From the IMG/VR virus record IMGVR_UViG_3300045812_000062: a stretch of DNA of 64,000 nt; one strand, given 5' to 3'. The position numbers were made by a program, and so were the translations under genes. Under the pieces are notes generated by a model. It worked only from the letters and a program-made list of their open reading frames with translations. It searched no databases and was not told the DNA's origin. The stretch comes from a virus. Shown in pieces: positions 56,793 to 64,000 of the stretch (position 1 is the stretch's first letter; every line of letters begins with the position of its first letter).

Positions 56793-59700
56793 CTAGAACT
56801 TCACATTCAAGCTAGCATTGAAGCCATTCTGCGTAGTTCCGTTGCCATACTGCCCAACGTAACTCACACCAAATGTCGAGGCTTCAGTGATTGCCATATC
56901 GAACCCAACCTCTACGAGAGCGGCGTCCTTGGCAATCGGGGTTCCTTCCACTGTAAAGGCACTTCCTCCTGCAAAGAACTGTGAGGATTCCGGCGTGATA
57001 TCACCATAGGCGTGACGCCAGCCGAGAGTTCCCTTCAAGTTAGCCTTGGTTGCTCCGAACTGAAAAGGGGCCGAGGCGCGCAATCCGAGTGTTGTGAATG
57101 TTGTGCTAGTCGTTTCGCTATCGACAGACAGAGCTGCCGCTCCACCTTGTTCAGTGAAACCATCGGTGTGCAAACGAACGTGCGAGAGGTTGGCAAATGG
57201 CTCGAACGCAGCCACAGATGTATCAATGCGATATCCCAACTCACCGAAGGCCTGGAAGGTACGGGCATCGTAATCAGCAGCAAGGCTGTCGCTGAAGCCT
57301 GAGTAGGAAACAGATCGCGAAGAGTCGATGCTGTGCCAAGTATGGACGAGACCTGCACGCAGTCCAATTGGCCCCCACTGGTTACCGCCATAGATGCCCA
57401 GATGCCAATTGTCGCTCGTTGCCGAAGCATAACGTCCCTTGGCATCGAGATCGGTCTGGCTGTAACCACCGACAACGCCGAGACGCCATCCAGAGGCAAA
57501 TCCTACATCTACGCCGGACAAGAAGCCGCCAGTTGAAGTTTTCAGGCCACCTGCATTCGAGTTGCCGTCGTGATCAACCCAAGAACCGAAACCTGAGGCC
57601 CAGACGCCGTAATCATATGAAGCAGGCGCAACGGCTTCGAACGGTTGCGGTGCACTGCCTTTCGGTGACTGAGCGAACGACAGGACAGGGGCGTCCTTCG
57701 CAGCCACGCCTTCGAAGGCAGAACGTAAGCGATTGTTGATCGCATCCGCAGTCAAATTTGCTGTATCGATCAGGCCTGTCTTTACCGATGCATGCGTATC
57801 GCCTGACAGTTGGTTAAAGGCTTCCCGTGCTTCGTCTTCATTCGTCAGGAAGAGAACCGAGTTATACAGTTCTAGCGACGATCCGCTCTGTTCCAGGCCA
57901 TCCAATGCGCGAGCAGTTGCCACTTGATTGGTTGTCTGTGCAACCTTCTCGAAGACAACAGGCGGGGTTTCCGGATCAACTGGGTCAATTGGGTCTGCAA
58001 CCAGACCAACGGTCAAATCCACTTGGTTTGCCTGATAGCCAAGGGATGTTGTCAGGAAAACAGATTTGGATACAGCTTCATCGAACTGGCCATCAACGCC
58101 TCCGCCTGCGGTCAGGATCGTATAAGTCTGGCCGTCCTGATAGCTGACCTTAGTATCCAATGCATATACGTCAACACGGCCACCATTCAGGATTGCCTTG
58201 CCTGCGGCGTCGATACGGTCACTGGTCCCATCGCCTGCAACTTCAACCTCGTAAACGGAGCCAGCACCAAATGTAACGTCCCCTGCGACGGTCATTGTGC
58301 CAATGGAATTCCCAGGTCGTAGCGTTCCATTGGCGGTCAGATTACCACCAATGTTCCAATTTCCACCCATAAAGGACGTCTGATCAACAGCAACGCTTCC
58401 GCCAACAATAATTGGCGCTCCGATAGCACCACCGCGCGTAACGGAACCGTTGTTCAATTCAACATCGCCGCCAATTGTCGCTCCGGTTGCATGGAAAGTC
58501 AGCTGAGTTCCCGTGCCTACGACGTTTCCTTCTATTTCTGTCCCTTCAGCAAACGAAAGTTGTGTACCTGCTTCTGTGTTCAGATTGGTAATGCCGGAAA
58601 TTTTTCCATTGAATTTGGCATTCTCTTCAATCTTAACGTGGGTAGCTCCCGATCCTTTTTCGTCAAGATCCACAATGTCGCCGCTGGATTCTGAACCTGC
58701 CTTCAACGTCAGGTTCATCACACCGTCTTCGCCTTCGCCCGTACGGTTAACCTGGACCAACACACCGTTGTTCGCTGTTGCGACTGTTCCAGCGCCAAAC
58801 GAAACGTTTGCGATGTCGTCAGAAGCAGAGAGGCCGACAAGGATCGATGGACCCTGAACACTCTTAAGAACGGTGCCATCAACGGCAATAGTGCCGCTTC
58901 CATTAATCTCCAAAGCCGCAGCGTCAAGACCATTCGCAGTGACCGAACCACCTGTGAAATTTACCGCACCGCCATCTTTGACGAAAACACCAGAAGCGAA
59001 TTTTCCGTTTGTGACAACATTGGTGTTCGTTGCGTTGATAACGCCCGCGTCAGCACCTCTGTCATTGTTGGCAATCAATCCATAGCCATCTGCGCCAGTC
59101 GTGACGATTTCAGAGTCGGCAAGATCGATTGTGGAATATGACTCGGCAAATGCACCAAAACCATTCACGCCAGAAGTCGAAACTGAAACAGTTCCGGCAA
59201 TCTTACCGCCGTCAATTGCATGAAGACCAAAGGCATCGTTGCCGGATGTGACAACATTGGAACCCTCGTTCAACGTTATGACTGAATGATCTGTGCCGTC
59301 CGCAGTATTTCCGTTAGCACCAGCTTGAACGCCATGCGCCTTCGATCCTGATGTAGTAACCTGACTACTAGAAGTCAGCGTAGAATTCTTGGCTGCTAAC
59401 AGACCGAACGAGCGATCTCCGCTTGTATCTATGTTGCCGCCATTTAACTCGATATCGCCACCATTATCAGCGAATGCGCCATACGCCCAATCGCCAATAG
59501 TCACGATTTCTGTGTCAGTGGTTACGATTTTTCCGCCCTGCGAATTGCGGTCGTTGTTCGCAACGAGGGCATGACCACTCACGCCTGTCGTGGAAATCCT
59601 GCCACCAGTCTGACTGATTTCAGAGAAAGACTCAGCGAACGCGCCAAAGCCGTTCTTTCCAGCTGTATTAATGTCAGCCGAGCTGTTGATAATGCCGCCG

Positions 59701-60632
59701 TCAATGGCATGCATACCAAAAGCATCGCTTCCTTTTGTGGTAACCGATGCACCTTCGGTCAGTGTTATCACCGATTTATCTGAGCCATCAGCAGTGCTGC
59801 CGTTAGCGCCAGCTTGTACACCATGCGCTTTGGCACCATTTGTTGTAACCGCTGCACTTGATGTCACAATCGAATTCTTAGACGCCAGAATGCCGAATGC
59901 GCGAGCGCCCATTGTAGTGATCGTGCCAGCATTCAGTTCAATATCGCCACCATTGTCAGCGAATGCACCATGTGCCCAATCACCTGAGGTTTCGATAGTT
60001 GTATCAGTTGCTACGATTTTGCCACCAACTGCATTGCGATCATTGTTTGCGATCAGTGCGTGACCATTCTGGCCAGTGGTTATGATAGAGCCGCCCGTCT
60101 GGTTTATTTTTGAATAGGACTCTGCGAACGCACCAAAGCCGTTCTTTCCGCTTGTAGATATGTCGGCTGAGCTGTTGATCGTACCGCCATCAATCGCGTG
60201 AAGTGCGAACGCATCAGCACCTGCTGTCTTCACGACAATCCGTTCGCCTATTGTAAGTACAGATTGGTCCGAACCGTCTGCGTTCCCGCCCTTAGCTCCA
60301 ACTTGAGCGCCATGAGCTTTGTCCCCACTGGTTTCAATAAGTAATGAACCTGAGTTAAAAACATTGAGAGAAAGCGTGGAGGGGCTTGTTGGGCTTTTCG
60401 AAACCAACACTCCCCATGCTCTCTTACCTGGCCCAGAGGTTGACGCTTGGATTGAGTACTCTGAACCAAATGAGTACCCTCCATTAGACCCGTTTGAAAC
60501 AGATAGCGCGGCCTTATCTACAGCAGAGTAAATAGGAAATGGCTCAGCGTTGGAATAAAGGACGCTTCCGCTCAATAACGCGACGGCAGTGGACGCGAGC
60601 GTTAAAGACTTATTCTTCGTGGTGATCTTCAT
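56793..60632 (-). CDS. outer-membrane autotransporter (type Va) with repetitive beta-helical passenger
   Basis: Signal peptide; about three ~163-aa passenger repeats; GTLRPGNSIGT and autotransporter-associated motifs; beta-barrel ending ASLNVKF. Confidence 0.92.
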   Translation of the reverse strand: MKITTKNKSLTLASTAVALLSGSVLYSNAEPFPIYSAVDKAALSVSNGSNGGYSFGSEYSIQASTSGPGKRAWGVLVSKSPTSPSTLSLNVFNSGSLLIETSGDKAHGAQVGAKGGNADGSDQSVLTIGERIVVKTAGADAFALHAIDGGTINSSADISTSGKNGFGAFAESYSKINQTGGSIITTGQNGHALIANNDRNAVGGKIVATDTTIETSGDWAHGAFADNGGDIELNAGTITTMGARAFGILASKNSIVTSSAAVTTNGAKAHGVQAGANGSTADGSDKSVITLTEGASVTTKGSDAFGMHAIDGGIINSSADINTAGKNGFGAFAESFSEISQTGGRISTTGVSGHALVANNDRNSQGGKIVTTDTEIVTIGDWAYGAFADNGGDIELNGGNIDTSGDRSFGLLAAKNSTLTSSSQVTTSGSKAHGVQAGANGNTADGTDHSVITLNEGSNVVTSGNDAFGLHAIDGGKIAGTVSVSTSGVNGFGAFAESYSTIDLADSEIVTTGADGYGLIANNDRGADAGVINATNTNVVTNGKFASGVFVKDGGAVNFTGGSVTANGLDAAALEINGSGTIAVDGTVLKSVQGPSILVGLSASDDIANVSFGAGTVATANNGVLVQVNRTGEGEDGVMNLTLKAGSESSGDIVDLDEKGSGATHVKIEENAKFNGKISGITNLNTEAGTQLSFAEGTEIEGNVVGTGTQLTFHATGATIGGDVELNNGSVTRGGAIGAPIIVGGSVAVDQTSFMGGNWNIGGNLTANGTLRPGNSIGTMTVAGDVTFGAGSVYEVEVAGDGTSDRIDAAGKAILNGGRVDVYALDTKVSYQDGQTYTILTAGGGVDGQFDEAVSKSVFLTTSLGYQANQVDLTVGLVADPIDPVDPETPPVVFEKVAQTTNQVATARALDGLEQSGSSLELYNSVLFLTNEDEAREAFNQLSGDTHASVKTGLIDTANLTADAINNRLRSAFEGVAAKDAPVLSFAQSPKGSAPQPFEAVAPASYDYGVWASGFGSWVDHDGNSNAGGLKTSTGGFLSGVDVGFASGWRLGVVGGYSQTDLDAKGRYASATSDNWHLGIYGGNQWGPIGLRAGLVHTWHSIDSSRSVSYSGFSDSLAADYDARTFQAFGELGYRIDTSVAAFEPFANLSHVRLHTDGFTEQGGAAALSVDSETTSTTFTTLGLRASAPFQFGATKANLKGTLGWRHAYGDITPESSQFFAGGSAFTVEGTPIAKDAALVEVGFDMAITEASTFGVSYVGQYGNGTTQNGFNASLNVKF

Positions 60633-60882
60633 CTTAACCCCAAGCAAAATCTATTACCTGAGAGTTACTAACATAAGACATAAACAAGCAGCGCCAAGGT
60701 TCACAATAAACCCCAGTGTAAAAATATCTACTTGGTCTGATTACGCCCCACGCCACTAAACTCCCAATACCCGGAGACACGCATAACCGGTACAAAACGA
60801 TTCTGCAACCTGTGAGGGCACGATATGCGGCGGCCGCGTTAATTCGTTGCACAATTGCAACAAATATGAGGATGAGGCGAAC

Positions 60883-61137
60883 TTATTGCGACCTAGCTAT
60901 AAGAGCCAGACCATCTTCAGTTGGTTCAAACATTCGCTTCGTGGATTCATAATCCGATGGTTTCATTGCGTCTTCAGGCAACAGACCTCTCGGAATAAAG
61001 CAGTCCTTCTCGTCGTTGCGCAAAACTAGTCCTTCGGCATCGTTTCGCTTTGCGTGATAACCTTCAAAATGTTCGTTAGCCACGATCCAATTCAAAGCCT
61101 CGGCTGCAGTCTTGGGATAAAAGCTTTCCATAGTCAT
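60883..61137 (-). CDS. hypothetical protein
   Basis: ORF, likely start MTMESF. Confidence 0.5.
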   Translation of the reverse strand: MTMESFYPKTAAEALNWIVANEHFEGYHAKRNDAEGLVLRNDEKDCFIPRGLLPEDAMKPSDYESTKRMFEPTEDGLALIARSQ

Positions 61138-61168
61138 GTATTTTTCTCTCACTCTTTTTGGGGCATTT

Positions 61169-61720
61169 TTAAATTCGCCGAAGTCCTCCAGGTAGTTGCC
61201 ACTCTTCGACACCACCAAGAATAAATGCATCAGGATGCTTTGATTTAATTTCTAATATTGCATCAATTGGATTTGGAATAAGGGCACAAAATACGTTTTG
61301 ATTATTCCAGCCAATTTCTGGCCCTTCCCACAATTCTGATATAGCAACGGAATTTCGTATTCCATTCAATTCAAACTCTAGATCAAACACTAGGCTATCA
61401 CCGAACACGTCCCACGCCTTTGGGAAACGAGGGAGCTCATTTAATTCCTCGTCGGCGTCCGTACCTGGGCGTGGCCTGGAAAATCCATGTCGGCCTTCCG
61501 ATTTGGTCCAACCTTCAGGTGATTTATCACTGAAAAAAAGACCAGTCCCATTTGGTGCCATCGCGTATGCGCCATATTTGATCTGAAACGCCTGCCACTT
61601 CTCTTGTGCATGCTGATGAATCTTTCGAAACTTGGATGCTTCTGATAAATAAGGTTCCGCCTCAATAATGACGTTCATAGTGTGATTTAGATGCATGAAT
61701 TCCTCCATGATGCACCTCAA
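61169..61720 (-). CDS. hypothetical protein
   Basis: 183-aa ORF; start uncertain. Confidence 0.55.
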   Translation of the reverse strand: MRCIMEEFMHLNHTMNVIIEAEPYLSEASKFRKIHQHAQEKWQAFQIKYGAYAMAPNGTGLFFSDKSPEGWTKSEGRHGFSRPRPGTDADEELNELPRFPKAWDVFGDSLVFDLEFELNGIRNSVAISELWEGPEIGWNNQNVFCALIPNPIDAILEIKSKHPDAFILGGVEEWQLPGGLRRI

Positions 61721-61836
61721 TGATAGCTATGATAAAATAATTTAAAAGTCGCAATTTAGTTATTTACCGTAATTAAACACCTTGAATTATTTTCGCCATT
61801 CAATACGATATTAATAATATAAAAAGGAGCCTTCCA

Positions 61837-62112
61837 TTGTCCGATATTAAAGTCACATGCGTATGCTGTAAAACTGAATATCCAGCCCTTTGGGACGACA
61901 GACCCGAAGCGGAACAGGCGTATGAATGCGCGGCCACTATTTTTGGCGATAAACTCGTAGGGCATTACGGTAGTGTTGTTGCAGACATGCAGCTCCATAT
62001 CTTCAAGGGAGGAAGGCCAGATCATATCCCTGAAGGTACCGTTTGTGACAAATGCATTCTTAAATTTCAGGCAGATGGCATCCTTGAATTCCAACGTGAC
62101 GGAGTCTGGTAA
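61837..62112 (+). CDS. small zinc-binding protein
   Basis: CVCC...ECA...CDKC; AAGGAG RBS. Confidence 0.6.
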   Translation: MSDIKVTCVCCKTEYPALWDDRPEAEQAYECAATIFGDKLVGHYGSVVADMQLHIFKGGRPDHIPEGTVCDKCILKFQADGILEFQRDGVW

Positions 62113-62138
62113 ATCCAACACAAACAAAGGATGCTAAT

Positions 62139-62933
62139 ATGAAAATTCGAAGCGCATTATATCAAGAACTATTTGCCGCAATATTTAATCCTTCAATCTC
62201 TCAAGGAGAGCAGGGGGATCGCACCCTGACAGAATGGCAAGCTGATTCAGTCGTTGCTTCTCTTCATAAATTTTACCCTCATATTGAGCAGGTATATGCT
62301 GGGCATCTGGATATATTGCATTCCGATCCAACAACATATTCTGTCGCGGATGACATTAAACGTCTTGCAGAACTGATTACTAGTCAGGACAGTCTCGAAG
62401 AAATTGATCAGGACCAGCTCGCTACAACTCTCACCGAGATTGGCCATCAAGTATCAAGAGAACTCTCGCATCGTGATGCACTGCTAGATACCGCAATTCG
62501 AGTTCAGGGAGCGGTCATTCAACTTCTGAATTCGAATGATGTCTTTATCGGAACCCATTGGATTAAAGACATTCAAGCAGAAAGCAGACTTGGTCAGCCA
62601 GCACTTTTTGCGCATGTTTGGTCATATACTGCGGATACAGAAGAAATCCCTGCAGAAAAACTATTATTTATTGCCGATCTTTTACGTCGGTTTGGACCTC
62701 ATGCAATCCAGGCTTGGGTTTGCCACGTTCGCGGCTGGAACAAGCCGATGAAAGGCGATCTAAGTATTGAAGGCATTGCAGCTCTGAAATATCTAAACAG
62801 CCTCGAACATGAAGCTCACTCATTTTATCGTGAGAATGCCTTCAGCGATAATTCATCTGAAAATATCAGTAAAAGCGCAGATGAAGAAACCACTGTGATC
62901 AGTTCAGATACTGATACTAACATCAGCGAATAA
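62139..62933 (+). CDS. hypothetical phage-like protein
   Basis: AAGGA RBS; 264 aa. Confidence 0.65.
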   Translation: MKIRSALYQELFAAIFNPSISQGEQGDRTLTEWQADSVVASLHKFYPHIEQVYAGHLDILHSDPTTYSVADDIKRLAELITSQDSLEEIDQDQLATTLTEIGHQVSRELSHRDALLDTAIRVQGAVIQLLNSNDVFIGTHWIKDIQAESRLGQPALFAHVWSYTADTEEIPAEKLLFIADLLRRFGPHAIQAWVCHVRGWNKPMKGDLSIEGIAALKYLNSLEHEAHSFYRENAFSDNSSENISKSADEETTVISSDTDTNISE

Positions 62934-62962
62934 TTTCATAATTTTTATCAGGAATTTTTAAA

Positions 62963-63823
62963 ATGGAAAATATTGACGCCATTGATATTATAGAGCGTGA
63001 ACACGAACGCGATTTGATTAAACCAATTAGGTTCGTAATTTTCGTCAGCTATGGAAATGATAGTATTGCTCTCATTCAATGGGCCTACGAAAACCAGATT
63101 GAAGGCGTTGCTGTCGTATTTACTGACACTGGCTGGATGGCCGACGGCTGGGAAGAACGCGTCGAGAAGGGTGAAGAGTGGGTTCGTTCCCTTGGCTTCA
63201 CGCCGTACAGGACTTCGAGCATTGGTTTCAGGCAGCTTGCAAGAGATAAAAAGGGCTTTCCTACACAACGATACCAATGGTGTTCTTACATTCTAAAGAT
63301 CGAACCAGGTCAGCGATGGCTTGAGGAATTTGACCCTGATTGTCGTGCGATCTGCTTGGTTGGTGTCAGACGAGAAGAAAGTCAGGATCGCGCTGAATTT
63401 CCTGAATGGATTATCAAATCAATGAACCACGGCGGTCGTATGATGGTCGCTCCCTTTGCCACATATTCAGAAGACGCACGCAATTCCCTCATTGAGCGCG
63501 CTGGATGGGAAGTTCTACCGCATCGTTCACGTGAGTGCCGATGCATTAATTCTAATCGCAAAGACATGCAGCGCTTTACTGATAGCGACTGGCAGGCAGT
63601 GAAAGAAATCGAACAGGAAGTCGGCAAGACAATGTTCCGACCTCAACGTCATATGGGCGCTGCAGGTGCTGACGAAGTTCGCAAATGGGCGAATAGCGGT
63701 CGAGGAAAATATAAGGCACCAGTTCCAATGCCTGATGCCGTTGATCTTGAAGATGCACCGGATGAAGAAGATATGCTCGGGAACTCAGGCAAGTGCGACA
63801 CCTTTGGTGGATGTGGCCGATAA
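62963..63823 (+). CDS. PAPS-reductase-family (PP-loop) protein, phage type
   Basis: VSYGNDSIAL, FTDTGW, KKGFP...QWCSYILKIEP, VGVRREESQDRA, RSRECRC. Confidence 0.85.
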   Translation: MENIDAIDIIEREHERDLIKPIRFVIFVSYGNDSIALIQWAYENQIEGVAVVFTDTGWMADGWEERVEKGEEWVRSLGFTPYRTSSIGFRQLARDKKGFPTQRYQWCSYILKIEPGQRWLEEFDPDCRAICLVGVRREESQDRAEFPEWIIKSMNHGGRMMVAPFATYSEDARNSLIERAGWEVLPHRSRECRCINSNRKDMQRFTDSDWQAVKEIEQEVGKTMFRPQRHMGAAGADEVRKWANSGRGKYKAPVPMPDAVDLEDAPDEEDMLGNSGKCDTFGGCGR

Positions 63824-63837
63824 GTACGACACTATGT

Positions 63838-63876
63838 AAGAATGCACCTGTATTTTCATACAGGTGCATTCTTTTT
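63838..63876. terminator. bidirectional terminator
   Basis: Perfect 16-bp inverted repeat AAGAATGCACCTGTAT/ATACAGGTGCATTCTT with T-run. Confidence 0.8.
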
Positions 63877-63897
63877 CTCAATGACTGACGTCAACAG

Positions 63898-64000
63898 CTA
63901 GATGTCTACGCCAAGATCAGCCCAACTCTTTACGACCTTTTCGACTTCGAGAGGAGACGGAATTTTTTCATAAAAAGTAATTGCTTGTTTGAGTGTCAAA
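63898..64000 (-). CDS. 3' end of a CDS truncated by the window edge
   Basis: Open frame ...LTLKQAITFYEKIPSPLEVEKVVKSWADLGVDI* converging on the terminator. Confidence 0.45.
   Translation of the reverse strand, partial: LTLKQAITFYEKIPSPLEVEKVVKSWADLGVDI

Noticed and set aside
1-64000. Stop-codon reassignment (alternative genetic code)
   Set aside because: Long known genes (recA, helicase, ATPase, autotransporter) are intact in code 11 and TAA, TAG and TGA all serve as real stops.
1-64000. Numerous antisense or nested ORFs in the six-frame track
   Set aside because: They shadow better-supported genes on the opposite strand or frame and lack RBS or motifs.

Overview
The window looks like part of a large, AT-rich extrachromosomal element (jumbo phage, phage-plasmid or megaplasmid) of a Rhizobiales-type alphaproteobacterium. 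The host assignment rests on an alpha-type RecA with a GAAC-N7-GTAC SOS box, a zinc-free alpha-type DksA, a circularly permuted two-piece tmRNA and a Brucella/Ochrobactrum-like autotransporter. Most ORFs are phage-like hypotheticals or small membrane proteins. No capsid, terminase, replication or conjugation gene is recognisable, so phage versus plasmid cannot be decided here. Recognisable parts: a cas-less type I-F-like CRISPR array (10 repeats, 9 spacers), tRNA-Leu(UAA) and tRNA-Arg(UCU), ssrA with a 128-nt structured intervening segment, a TnpB-only IS200/IS605-like element inserted in a hairpin behind recA, an RHH/RelE toxin-antitoxin pair, an Mrr-nuclease/SF2-helicase with 7 HA repeats, two tandem tyrosine-phosphatase-like genes, and HD, MazG-like and PAPS-reductase-like enzymes. 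Best candidate for an undescribed system: an operon of a TelA-like coiled-coil protein, a ClpB-like ATPase with a dead first NBD and a membrane protein (42182-46685), plus a distant small protein (4878-5264) that shares a 26-aa motif with the coiled-coil protein; the 14 identical core residues differ only by synonymous changes. A recurrent acidic + Pro C-terminal tail on unrelated proteins is a second candidate. All family calls are by motif recognition without database searches.
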